Source of the DNA: Patescibacteria group bacterium UBA2773
GTDB taxonomy: Bacteria > Patescibacteriota > Minisyncoccia > Moranbacterales > DUUL01
DNA length: 48,819 nucleotides
Reading direction: 5' to 3'
NCBI GenBank assembly: GCA_002352465.1
Contig: DEIN01000002.1
Span: forward strand, 1-48,819
Shown here: piece after piece, positions 38,125 through 47,565 of the stretch
How the letters are laid out: each line of letters opens with the position of its first letter
Numbering within the stretch: the first letter of the stretch is position 1
Notes under the pieces: model-generated
The model's database searches: none
The model's input: the letters and a program-made list of their open reading frames with translations, nothing else
What the model was told of the DNA's origin: nothing
Program-made: the position numbers and the translations under genes

Positions 38125-38490
38125 ATGAAAAAAAATAAAATACTTTTCGTCGAAGACGAAAAAGCCTTAAGAGATACTCTACGAGAGGTACTTGAATCTA
38201 ATAAATTTAAAGTTGAGACAGCTGCTGACGGAGAAGCGGCGTTGAGTTTACTAAATAAAAATAAATATAACTTAGTTCTTCTTGATATTATTTTGCCTAA
38301 AAAAAATGGATTGGATGTGCTGGAAGAATTAGATGAATTGAATAAAAATACACCAGTGATTTTATTAACTAATTTAAGCGGTTCGAGTAATGTCCAAAAA
38401 GCCTTAGACCTTGGAGCAAGAAATTATTTAGTTAAATCTGAATATAGTTTAGATGAAATAGTCGATAGAGTTAAGGAGGTTATCGAATAA
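38125..38490 (+). CDS. Single-domain response regulator
   Basis: ILFVED, LLDIILP, LLTNL, YLVK. Confidence 0.93.
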   Translation: MKKNKILFVEDEKALRDTLREVLESNKFKVETAADGEAALSLLNKNKYNLVLLDIILPKKNGLDVLEELDELNKNTPVILLTNLSGSSNVQKALDLGARNYLVKSEYSLDEIVDRVKEVIE

Positions 38491-38500
38491 TTTTAAAAAA

Positions 38501-40243
38501 ATGCACGTTGAGTCAAGCCAATTAAAAAGTTTTTTAGAAGATTCTGATTTTATTGATAATAAAAAATTAGAAACTGTTTTTGCTGAAGCTAAAAAGCAAA
38601 AGGTTTATCTTGGAGATTTGTTGATTAAGAAAGAATTGATTTCTGAGATTGATTTAAAAAAAATGCACGCTTATATCTTAGGCATTCCTTTTATTGATTT
38701 AGAAAAAAAAGAAATTCCTAAAAAAGTGCTTCAAATTATTTCTGAATCGGTAGCCAAAAAAAGCAAGGTAATTGTCTTTAAGAAAGACGGTGATAAGCTC
38801 AGAGTAGCGATGTTGGATCCGGGGAATATTCAAATTATTGATTATCTTAAAAAGAAAACTGGTTTTGAAATTATTCCTTGTTTGACTACTGAAAAAAGTA
38901 TCAAAGAATCTCTTAAACAATACAAGAAAAGTTTACAAGCAGAATTTGGAGAAATAATAAGTAGTGAAGTTAACGAAGAAACAGATCAGAATGAACTTAA
39001 AAAAATAGCGGAAGATTTACCGATTGTTAAAATTGTGGATACTTTGCTGGAGCATGCTATTCTACAATCGGCTTCTGATATTCATATTGAACCAGATGAG
39101 AAGGAAGTTCGGGCTCGTTATCGAGTTGATGGTGTTCTACATGATGCAATGACTTTGCCGAAACAAGTGATGTTTGGGATTATTGCTAGAATTAAAGTTC
39201 TATCCAATTTGAAACTAGATGAGCATCGAGTTCCTCAAGACGGTCGATTTAAGATAGAGCTTGATGATAAAAAAATTTCTTTTCGAGTCTCGATTATTCC
39301 AGTGTTTTCTGGAGAAAAAATAGTTATGAGAGTTTTAGACGATTCAGCTAAAGGGTTAACTTTAGAAAAAATTGGGTTAGTGAATGAATCGTTAAAAAGA
39401 GTTAATCAGGCGATTGAACAGCCTAATGGAATTTTTTTAGTGACTGGGCCAACCGGAAGCGGAAAGACGACGACTCTCTACACAATTTTAGGAATGTTGA
39501 ATACACCTGAAGTAAATGTTTCAACAATTGAAGATCCAATTGAGTATCAAATGTCTAGAGTTAATCAAACTCAAGTTAAGTCAAAAGTTGGGATGACTTT
39601 TGCGGCTGGTTTAAGATCTTTACTTCGTCAAGACCCTGATATTATTATGGTGGGTGAAATTAGAGATAACGAAACTATGCAAATATCTTTGAACGCTGCT
39701 ATGACTGGTCATTTGGTTTTATCGACTTTGCATACTAATTCAGCGGCAGCAGCTATATCAAGAATGGTCGATATGGACGCTGAAGCTTTTCTAATCGCTT
39801 CAACAGTGAATACTATTGTAGCTCAACGATTAGTTCGAAAAATTTGTCCAGAATGTCGAGAAGCCTATAAGTTAGAAGAAAAAGAAATTGAAGAATTAGG
39901 AAAAAAAATTGATTTTGAATTGATTTTAGGTGCTTTAGAGAAAAACAAAAAAGATTTACCTGAGGATATTAAAAATGTTAAATCAATTAAGGATTTAAAA
40001 TTTTATAAAGGTCTAGGTTGCAAGGCTTGCAATAGTGAAGGTTATAAAGGACGATTAGGTATTTATGAAGTACTAGAAGTAAGCGATGCTATTCAAAAAA
40101 TGATCAGTAAAAATACTATAGCCACAGAAATTGAAAATAAAGCAATCGAAGAAGGAATGAATACGATGATAGTGGATGGTTTTATAAAGGCTATTAAAGG
40201 TGAAACAAGTTTAGAAGAAATATTAAGAGTGACTAAAGAATAA
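38501..40243 (+). CDS. pilB: Type IV pilus assembly ATPase PilB/GspE
   Basis: ASDIHIEP, GPTGSGKTTT, LRQDPD, tetracysteine motif. Confidence 0.95.
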   Translation: MHVESSQLKSFLEDSDFIDNKKLETVFAEAKKQKVYLGDLLIKKELISEIDLKKMHAYILGIPFIDLEKKEIPKKVLQIISESVAKKSKVIVFKKDGDKLRVAMLDPGNIQIIDYLKKKTGFEIIPCLTTEKSIKESLKQYKKSLQAEFGEIISSEVNEETDQNELKKIAEDLPIVKIVDTLLEHAILQSASDIHIEPDEKEVRARYRVDGVLHDAMTLPKQVMFGIIARIKVLSNLKLDEHRVPQDGRFKIELDDKKISFRVSIIPVFSGEKIVMRVLDDSAKGLTLEKIGLVNESLKRVNQAIEQPNGIFLVTGPTGSGKTTTLYTILGMLNTPEVNVSTIEDPIEYQMSRVNQTQVKSKVGMTFAAGLRSLLRQDPDIIMVGEIRDNETMQISLNAAMTGHLVLSTLHTNSAAAAISRMVDMDAEAFLIASTVNTIVAQRLVRKICPECREAYKLEEKEIEELGKKIDFELILGALEKNKKDLPEDIKNVKSIKDLKFYKGLGCKACNSEGYKGRLGIYEVLEVSDAIQKMISKNTIATEIENKAIEEGMNTMIVDGFIKAIKGETSLEEILRVTKE

Positions 40244-40251
40244 AATTAAAT

Positions 40252-41463
40252 ATGTCAAAGTTTGATTATTTTGCTAAAAATCAAAAAGGGAAGAAAAAAA
40301 AAGGAATAATGGAAGCATCTTCTAAAAAAGAAGTGGCGGAAAAAATTAAAGCTGATGGTTTTTGGCCGGTTTATATCGATGAAATAAAAAAGAAGTCTAC
40401 TAAGAAAAAAATTTTTTCTGGAGCTAGATCTATTCCTTTGAAAGCAAAAATGATTTTTTGTCGTCATTTAGGAGTGATGATTGCATCGGGATTATCAATG
40501 TCAAAAGCTTTGGATATTTTGAGTGAACAAGAGGAACATGGTAGTTTCAAAAAAATTATTTTGGAATTAGGATCAGATGTGAAAAAGGGAATTTCTTTGG
40601 CTGATGCAATGTTGAAACATCCTCAAGCTTTTAATAAAGTTTTTACTTCGATGATTAAAGTGGGGGAAACAGGAGGATCATTGGAGGAGATATTGAATAT
40701 TTTATCAGCTCAACTAGAAAAAGATCAAAAATTAATTTCTAAAATTAAAGGAGCTCTGATTTATCCAGCTATTATAATTATCGTTATGATAATTATTGCG
40801 ATTTTAATGATGATGTTTGTAATTCCTAAAATTACTAAAGTTTTCGAAGAATTTGGAGCGGAATTGCCGATTGCAACTAAGATCGTAATCGCTATCAGTA
40901 ATTTTATGGCGAATAATGTTATTTTAACTTTCGGATTTATATTTGTGATTGTTGGTGGTATTAGCTTTTTCTATAAAAGTGATGTTGGAAAAAAGGTTTT
41001 TCATAAATTTTTTCTTAAAATTCCGATTATAAGCACGCTAGTCATCAAACTAAATAGTGCTCGATTTGCTAGAATTCTAAGCTCTCTTTTGAAAAGTGGG
41101 GTATCTTTAGTCGAAGCACTAAAGATAACTTCTGATACTTTGGGTAATTATTATTTTAAAAACAGTGTGGGGAAAGCTGCTTTAGATGTGCAGAAGGGAA
41201 AAACTTTGTCTGATATTTTGAGCAACAATAAGACCCCATTTCCTTTTTTAGTTATAAAAATGTTAAAAGTTGGAGAAGATACTGGTAGAACTCCAAATAT
41301 TTTAAAAAAATTAGCTGATTTTTATGAAGAAGAAGTTGATCAAATTACTCAAAATTTATCAGCCATAATTGAACCAGTGTTAATGGTAGTTATCGGTGTA
41401 GCAGTGGCTTTTTTTGCGATTGCCATAATTAAACCAATTTATTCTTTAATGAATTTAGTTTAG
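40252..41463 (+). CDS. pilC: Type IV pilus platform protein PilC/GspF
   Basis: GETGGSL, ALIYP, IEPVL. Confidence 0.95.
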   Translation: MSKFDYFAKNQKGKKKKGIMEASSKKEVAEKIKADGFWPVYIDEIKKKSTKKKIFSGARSIPLKAKMIFCRHLGVMIASGLSMSKALDILSEQEEHGSFKKIILELGSDVKKGISLADAMLKHPQAFNKVFTSMIKVGETGGSLEEILNILSAQLEKDQKLISKIKGALIYPAIIIIVMIIIAILMMMFVIPKITKVFEEFGAELPIATKIVIAISNFMANNVILTFGFIFVIVGGISFFYKSDVGKKVFHKFFLKIPIISTLVIKLNSARFARILSSLLKSGVSLVEALKITSDTLGNYYFKNSVGKAALDVQKGKTLSDILSNNKTPFPFLVIKMLKVGEDTGRTPNILKKLADFYEEEVDQITQNLSAIIEPVLMVVIGVAVAFFAIAIIKPIYSLMNLV

Positions 41464-41478
41464 TCTTTATTCGAAAAT

Positions 41479-42822
41479 ATGAAGTTATTCAAAAATCAAA
41501 ATCAACGAGGGACAACTTTGATTGAAGTTTTGCTTAGTATAACAATCATTAGTTTTTTGGTGTTAACAATTTACTTAACCTTGACGAGTGCCGTTTCTAA
41601 TATGGGAGAATCGAAACAACGAATTGGAGCGGTTGCGCTTGCTAACGAAAAAGTTGAAATTATTAGAAATTTAGATTATGAAGAAATCGGAACGGTTGGA
41701 GGTATTATTAATGGTCCAATGTTGGCTTCAGAATTGATTACTCGAAATAATTTTGATTATAATGTTTATATTGACATTCGATATGTAGATGATCCTTTTG
41801 ATGGCACCGGGGTAGATGATTTAATTAATACTGACTATAAACTAGTTCAAGTAAACGTTGAATGGCTTCATTCAGGCGGGATTGAATCAGTAGAATTTGT
41901 TTCTAGTTTTGTTCCAAATGGGATTGAAACGAATTTGGGCGGTGGAACTTTAGTTTTAAATACAATGACTTCTGGAGGCGATATTGTTCCTAATGTGAAT
42001 GTTCATCTTGAAAGCATTGAAGATAATCCGGTTGTTAATTATTCAACTAGCACCGATAATCAAGGAAGTATAGTTTTGCCTGGAGTTCCTAGCCAGACTT
42101 ATCGGATTAGTTTGTCAAAAACTGATTATGAAAATGTTCGAACTTATCCAAATCCTCCTGATTCTAGTTTCATCCCAGTTAATGCGGATTTTTATGTTGA
42201 TGAAGGTGATTTGAATTCTAAAAATTTTTTTATTGATTTAGCTTCTGATTTAACTTTCAAGACGATTGACATCGCTGATGATTCGGGAATAGATGAAGTT
42301 AATATTGAATTAATAGGTGGAAAAGAAATTGGAAGTGATCCCACTACTTATAATTTGAATGACGTTTCTAGCACTGATTCGAGTGGAGAACTTAAATATG
42401 AAAATATTAGTGCTGGATCTTATCATGTAGTTGATCCGGAAAATTTAGGAACTGGCGATTATATCCTTGTTGATTCTGCGGAGGAGACGGTCTTTGACTT
42501 GTCGGAAGGAAGTGATTTGGAAATAGAACTATTATTTGGTGATAAGGATACACCTTCTTTATATGTAACAATCTTGGATATTGGAACGGAAGAGCCGATT
42601 TCGGGAGCCGGAGTTGGAATGATTAATCTCTCCGGTTTTGATCAAGGCGGTGAGACCGATGAGGATGGTAAATTATTTTTCCCTATAGTAGCTGACCCTC
42701 CGATTTTATTGGAAAATGGTGAGTGCTCAATCGAAGTTAAAATCGATGGTTACATTGATTATATAGATACTATAACTATTAATGATTTGACAATTGAAGA
42801 AATTAAACTAACTCCTCAATAA
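41479..42822 (+). CDS. Prepilin-type protein with carboxypeptidase-regulatory-like beta domains
   Basis: G|TTLIEVL class III signal peptide. Confidence 0.85.
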   Translation: MKLFKNQNQRGTTLIEVLLSITIISFLVLTIYLTLTSAVSNMGESKQRIGAVALANEKVEIIRNLDYEEIGTVGGIINGPMLASELITRNNFDYNVYIDIRYVDDPFDGTGVDDLINTDYKLVQVNVEWLHSGGIESVEFVSSFVPNGIETNLGGGTLVLNTMTSGGDIVPNVNVHLESIEDNPVVNYSTSTDNQGSIVLPGVPSQTYRISLSKTDYENVRTYPNPPDSSFIPVNADFYVDEGDLNSKNFFIDLASDLTFKTIDIADDSGIDEVNIELIGGKEIGSDPTTYNLNDVSSTDSSGELKYENISAGSYHVVDPENLGTGDYILVDSAEETVFDLSEGSDLEIELLFGDKDTPSLYVTILDIGTEEPISGAGVGMINLSGFDQGGETDEDGKLFFPIVADPPILLENGECSIEVKIDGYIDYIDTITINDLTIEEIKLTPQ

Positions 42823-42824
42823 CT

Positions 42825-43445
42825 ATGAATTTGTTTTTTTTGAAAAAAAGTCGAGGAATGACTTTAATCGAAGTGACGACTGCTTCGACTATTTTAATTT
42901 TTATTAGCGGCGTGGCAGTGATAGCTTTGCTTAGAACTTTCTCTATAAACAAGAGCACTGTTGAAAGAGGTTTGAATAATAGCACTTTGCAAATTTCAAT
43001 TAGCAATTTTACTAAAAATATTAGAGAAGCCCGTCAATCTGATGCAGGCGGTTATTTGATTTTTTCAGGAAATGATTTTGATCTTAGATTTTTTTCTGAT
43101 ATTGATAACGATTTGGTGACTGAAAAGATTCACTATTTTCTTGAGGATGGTTATTTCAAATTGGGAGTTTCTAACCCAACTAGTTTTCCCGTTCAATATC
43201 CAACCGAGGACGAAATAGTTCGAATTATTGGAGGAAATATTGTGAATGAAAATGATCAGCCGATTTTTTATTATTATGATGGAGAAAATTTGAGTGATTT
43301 AGTTAATAATCCTTTATCAACGCCGATTATTCCGGATGAAGTGAGTTTGATTAAACTTCACTTAATAACTAACGTTAATCCCGATCAAAATCCAACCAAT
43401 ATGGAATTGGAAACTTTGGTCAGGCCAAGAAATGTAGAATACTAA
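42825..43445 (+). CDS. Minor pilin (prepilin-type)
   Basis: G|MTLIEV; C-terminal VRPRN. Confidence 0.85.
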   Translation: MNLFFLKKSRGMTLIEVTTASTILIFISGVAVIALLRTFSINKSTVERGLNNSTLQISISNFTKNIREARQSDAGGYLIFSGNDFDLRFFSDIDNDLVTEKIHYFLEDGYFKLGVSNPTSFPVQYPTEDEIVRIIGGNIVNENDQPIFYYYDGENLSDLVNNPLSTPIIPDEVSLIKLHLITNVNPDQNPTNMELETLVRPRNVEY

Positions 43446-43453
43446 AAATATGA

Positions 43454-43482
43454 TTGACAAAAATAAGCTTTAGTTTTATGCT
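43454..43482 (+). promoter_or_regulatory. Sigma70 promoter for the glyS leader
   Basis: TTGACA-17 nt-TATGCT. Confidence 0.75.
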
Positions 43483-43488
43483 TTAAGC

Positions 43489-43656
43489 GTTCTTTACTAA
43501 GCGAGAAGATGGCAAATTCTCAATTTAAGTTTAGTTAAATTTAGACGAGTGCCCTGTTTTAGGGAAGTCGGGTGGAACCGCGGAATTTATAAAAATCTCG
43601 CTCCGACAGTTCAAGAAGTTGTAAATAACTTTTGAATTGTTAGAGTGGGATTTTTT
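43489..43656 (+). ncRNA. Glycine T-box riboswitch (transcriptional)
   Basis: AAGTCGGGTGGAACCGCG T-box, antiterminator, competing terminator with U tract, GGC in the loop of the first hairpin. Confidence 0.85.
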
Positions 43657-43777
43657 ATTTGCATTTCTTTATCATAATTTCTTTCATTCGCTCTATCTAT
43701 CTCGATTATTTTTCGAATTGTAATGAATAAAAACTTGCAAACCAATTTTAAATGTAATTTAATAATTAAAATTTTTT

Positions 43778-45169
43778 ATGGAAAAAGATTCAGAGAAATT
43801 GATGCAAAATTTAGTAGCTTTATCCAAAAGACGAGGTTTGATTTTTCCTTCGTCTGAAATCTATGGTGGATTTGCTGCGGTTTATGATTATGGATCCTAT
43901 GGAGTAGAATTGGCCAATAATATTAAAGCCGCTTGGTGGAAAGCGATGGTTCAAAAAAATGAAAATATCGTTGGTTTGGATTCTAGCATTTTTATGCATC
44001 CAAAAATTTGGGAAGCTTCTGGCCATGTGAGCGGTTTTTCCGATCCATTGGCTGAATGTAAGGAATGCCATTTCAGGGCTCGAGTTGACCATCTTTTGGA
44101 AGATGTCGGGGTATTCGCGGACGAGAAGATGGCTGAAGATGAGATTAATAAGCTTTTGGTTGATAATAAAGACAAGGTTAAATGTCCTAAGTGTGGAAAA
44201 AGTAATTTCTCGGAAGCTCGAAATTTTAATTTATTAGTTCAATCTAATCTAGGAAATTTTACCGGAGATTGGAATGAAGAGCCCACTTATCTTCGAGGAG
44301 AGACTTGCCAGGGAATCTATGTTAATTTTAAAAATGTTTTAGATTCTACTCGAGTCAAAGTTCCTTTCGGAATTGCTCAAATTGGGAAAGCCTTCCGAAA
44401 TGAAATCACGGCGCGACAGTTCATTTTTCGGAAAAGAGAATTTGAGCAAATGGAAATGCAAATGTTTGTTCATCCAGACACTGCGATGGAAGTTTATGAA
44501 GATTGGCGAGCCAAGCGCTGGCAATATTATTTAGATTTAGGATTAAAGGAAGAAAATCTAAAATGGCATCAGCATGAAAATTTGGTTTTTTATGCCAAGG
44601 CGGCTTGGGATATTGAATATAAATTTCCATTTGGCTTTAAGGAATTAGAAGGAATTCATGCTCGAGGAGATTATGATTTGGGACAACACTCAAAATTTTC
44701 TGGAAAAGATTTGAGTTACTTGGATCAAAAAACTAACGAGCGTTATCTTCCAAATGTCGTTGAAACTTCAGTTGGAGTTGATCGAACTTTTTTGGCGGTT
44801 TTGACTGAAGCCTACACCGAAGAAAAACTTGAAGATGGCAATGAGCGAGTAGTTTTAAAATTTCCTAAAAAATTAGCTCCAATTAAAGTAGCGATTTTTC
44901 CATTGTTGAAAAATAAACCAGAATTAGTCAAAAAAGCTCGAGAAATTTTTGAAAATCTTAGTGATAGTTGGATGTGTGAATTTGATGATAACGGCAATAT
45001 TGGAAAACGTTATCGACGCCAAGATGAAATCGGAACTCCTTATTGTTTAACGGTTGATTTTGATTCGTTAGAAGACGAGAGCGTGACGGTTAGAGATCGA
45101 GATACGATGAAGCAAGAGAGGATTGAGATTAAAAATCTGGAGGGGTTTTTGGTTGAAAATCTTAAATAA
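43778..45169 (+). CDS. glyS: Glycyl-tRNA synthetase, alpha2 (GlyQS) type
   Basis: SEIYGG, LRGETCQG, QIGKAFRNEI, YRRQDEIGTP. Confidence 0.97.
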   Translation: MEKDSEKLMQNLVALSKRRGLIFPSSEIYGGFAAVYDYGSYGVELANNIKAAWWKAMVQKNENIVGLDSSIFMHPKIWEASGHVSGFSDPLAECKECHFRARVDHLLEDVGVFADEKMAEDEINKLLVDNKDKVKCPKCGKSNFSEARNFNLLVQSNLGNFTGDWNEEPTYLRGETCQGIYVNFKNVLDSTRVKVPFGIAQIGKAFRNEITARQFIFRKREFEQMEMQMFVHPDTAMEVYEDWRAKRWQYYLDLGLKEENLKWHQHENLVFYAKAAWDIEYKFPFGFKELEGIHARGDYDLGQHSKFSGKDLSYLDQKTNERYLPNVVETSVGVDRTFLAVLTEAYTEEKLEDGNERVVLKFPKKLAPIKVAIFPLLKNKPELVKKAREIFENLSDSWMCEFDDNGNIGKRYRRQDEIGTPYCLTVDFDSLEDESVTVRDRDTMKQERIEIKNLEGFLVENLK

Positions 45170-45184
45170 TTTTGATTGTATATT

Positions 45185-45214
45185 AAAAACCGTTGGTCTA
45201 GACTAACGGTTTTT
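45185..45214 (+). terminator. Bidirectional terminator-like hairpin
   Basis: AAAAACCGTTGGTC-TA-GACTAACGGTTTTT. Confidence 0.7.
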
Positions 45215-45218
45215 AATT

Positions 45219-45370
45219 TAAGGACACAAGATACAAGGACACAAGATACAAACAAATTAAAAATCAAAAATTAAAATAATCAAATTAAAAAACCGCAGGT
45301 TTTTTGTTTGGAATTTGGATATTTTAATTTGAGATTTGTTTGTTCTTTGTATCCTTGTGTCTTGTTTCTT
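45219..45370. repeat. Palindromic element copy G
   Basis: Arms as copy A; centre AAAAACCGCAGGTTTTT. Confidence 0.85.
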
Positions 45371-46127
45371 AATGAAGAGTGTTTGCACTCTTCATTTTTT
45401 TCCAATCAAAATTCCACGGATCAGTTTTTCGACTAGGGGAAATATCTTCATGGCCGAGAACGTATTTTATTTCATATTGGCTTTCAAGATAATCAATTAA
45501 ATCATTTAAGCCAGAGTATTGATTATCAGTGTAATCATCTTTTTCGGTGTTCATTAATTCAATTCCAATTGAAAAATTATTAACCCCAGTTCGGCCATCG
45601 GGCATTTTACTCACTCCAGCGTGATAGGCAATATTTTTTTCGCTAACTAGTTGATAAACTTTTCCTTTGCGATTGATCAAAAAATGCGGAGCTACTTCGT
45701 ATTGTTTATATTCATTGATTAACCCATCTAGGTCATAGGGTTCGTCACCAAGTGCATCATAGGAAGAATGAATAACAATAGTGTCAATTTCACGGTTATT
45801 AGCAACGGTAAAACCCCAAGAAACTTTTTTGTTGATAATAAAAGAAATGCTGGGGGTAGATTTTTCCTTTTCTTCTTCGCTAGAATTATTTGAAGTAGAA
45901 GGTAAGTTTCCTTTATTATCCTCTAATGTTGTCTCATCAGTTTTTTCATTCGGAATAGATGCGTCTATAGAACGTTCCATAGTATCATCTAAAATTTGAG
46001 CATTATTTTCATCTTGATTTTTAGGAATAATCTCAATTGGTTCTTGCGAAAAAGATTTAACAAAAACCCGCCAAACAAAAAAACCGACAACTAAAATTAG
46101 AATGAATAAAATTATTGGACGTTTCAT
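45369..46127 (-). CDS. Membrane-anchored N-acetylmuramoyl-L-alanine amidase (Amidase_2/AmpD-like)
   Basis: IVIHS, AYHAG.S, N.FSIGIEL, GHEDISPSRKTDP. Confidence 0.92.
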   Translation of the reverse strand: MKRPIILFILILVVGFFVWRVFVKSFSQEPIEIIPKNQDENNAQILDDTMERSIDASIPNEKTDETTLEDNKGNLPSTSNNSSEEEKEKSTPSISFIINKKVSWGFTVANNREIDTIVIHSSYDALGDEPYDLDGLINEYKQYEVAPHFLINRKGKVYQLVSEKNIAYHAGVSKMPDGRTGVNNFSIGIELMNTEKDDYTDNQYSGLNDLIDYLESQYEIKYVLGHEDISPSRKTDPWNFDWKKMKSANTLH

Positions 46128-46151
46128 ATCATTATCTTAGAATATAAAAAG

Positions 46152-46187
46152 AATTCCGGCAACTTTAACTACAAAGTTACCGGAATT
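46152..46187 (-). terminator. Hairpin downstream of the 46209-46532 gene
   Basis: AATTCCGGCAACTTT...AAAGTTACCGGAATT. Confidence 0.55.
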
Positions 46188-46208
46188 ATTGTTGGTTTGG
46201 GGAAAGCA

Positions 46209-46532
46209 TTATTTGAGTATTTCTAATTTTACTTTCCCCGTTTTTTGTTTAACCGAATAATATCCTTCAAAAAAATTATTTTTAACGGGATATTCTTTTC
46301 TGTTAATATTTTTTTTAATAATTTCAGCTCTGATTTCCCAAGTTCCTTTCTTTCTTAAATCATTATTAATTATTTCAAGTTTAGAAATAATTGCGGTCCA
46401 AATTTCTTTTCGAGGAGTTTTTATTCCAATTTCCTCAACAGTAAAAGGAACCTTTTTTTCTCGACCAAAAGAGGCCAAAAGATTTAGTTCAGTTGGTCCA
46501 GTAGCAATCTCGAAATTTTTTTGATTAGTCAA
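46209..46532 (-). CDS. Hypothetical protein
   Basis: 107-aa ORF, TTG start with AAAGGAG ribosome-binding site. Confidence 0.6.
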   Translation of the reverse strand: MTNQKNFEIATGPTELNLLASFGREKKVPFTVEEIGIKTPRKEIWTAIISKLEIINNDLRKKGTWEIRAEIIKKNINRKEYPVKNNFFEGYYSVKQKTGKVKLEILK

Positions 46533-46845
46533 TTTTTCTCCTTTCAGTTGTAGGGTTAAAGAGCAAAATGTAAATTCAAATTATTATAATCTAAAAAATA
46601 AAAAATGTCGAGTGAAAATGAGTTTTTTGTTATTCGAAGAATGGAACACACTTCGAACCAGGATGGTGGAAAATTGGGATAAGATGGAGGAGATTGTTAA
46701 GAGAGTTAAAAAATTGGTTAATATTTAAAATAAGTTTTTATATATTTTAAATCTAACCAAAAACTGCTTAAAAACTAATGATTAATTGATTTTTATCGGT
46801 TTTTAATTTATACTGAATTAAATTTAATTTATCTAGTTTAATCTT

Positions 46846-47412
46846 ATGTTTAAAAAGTTTTTAGTGATTTTTACAGTTTTGTTCGCGATGGTTTTGGTGA
46901 GTGGGTGTGGAGAAAAAAAAGAAGTACAACTTCAAAATTCAGAAAAAGAAAAAGAGGTTTTTCAAAAAGAAGAAATTGAAAATCCAAAAAAGCTAGAAGA
47001 AGAAATTGTTGACTTAGGCGATGGATGGGAAATTTATAGAAATTATAAATTTGGTTTTGAAGTAACGCATCCGGTTGATTGGAAATTAGAAATTGAGGAT
47101 AGCGATCCTAATAAAGCTAGCTTAAATGATAGTTTTTATTTTAAAAAAGAACAAAGAGTTTATTTTGCAGTTTTAGTGAACGGAGGATTTGGTCAGGGGA
47201 TTCAAACTCCGAGAGTGACTAATCAATTATTCAAAGAAAGAGATTCAAAAATGTTTTGGTATGAAAAAGATGTTATTCCTAGCATTGTTTATCTAAATGA
47301 CTATGAAGATTTAAATGAATGGGGAGAGGAAAACAGAATAGAAATGTCTGGTATTAGTAAAAATTCAGAAATTCTTGAAAAAATATACAAAGAGTTTAAA
47401 TTTATTCAATAA
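46846..47412 (+). CDS. Putative lipoprotein (PsbP-related fold likely)
   Basis: Lipobox VSGC; WEIYRNYKFGFEVTHPVDW motif. Confidence 0.75.
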   Translation: MFKKFLVIFTVLFAMVLVSGCGEKKEVQLQNSEKEKEVFQKEEIENPKKLEEEIVDLGDGWEIYRNYKFGFEVTHPVDWKLEIEDSDPNKASLNDSFYFKKEQRVYFAVLVNGGFGQGIQTPRVTNQLFKERDSKMFWYEKDVIPSIVYLNDYEDLNEWGEENRIEMSGISKNSEILEKIYKEFKFIQ

Positions 47413-47565
47413 ATAGTTATCAGGGTTGATGTCTGATCAGGCATTAACTGTGATAATTATTAATTACACAACTAGCAACTTGAAAATTCAAAAAAGGAGG
47501 TGATATCAACTTATCGTAATGATTTTTGTGCAAATTAACATTCAATTTTCAAAAGGAGGCATCAA

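Noticed and set aside
37151-43445. Histidine kinase, response regulator and type IV pilus cluster as a novel system
   Set aside because: Standard, well-known arrangement in CPR genomes.
5147-45370. Dispersed repeats or the 28.7-32.8 kb sites as a CRISPR array
   Set aside because: No regularly spaced identical repeats with ~30-40-nt spacers and no cas genes.
46625-46725. Possible tRNA or recombinase-tail remnant around TTCGAACC
   Set aside because: No cloverleaf can be drawn and the peptide is too short to assign.
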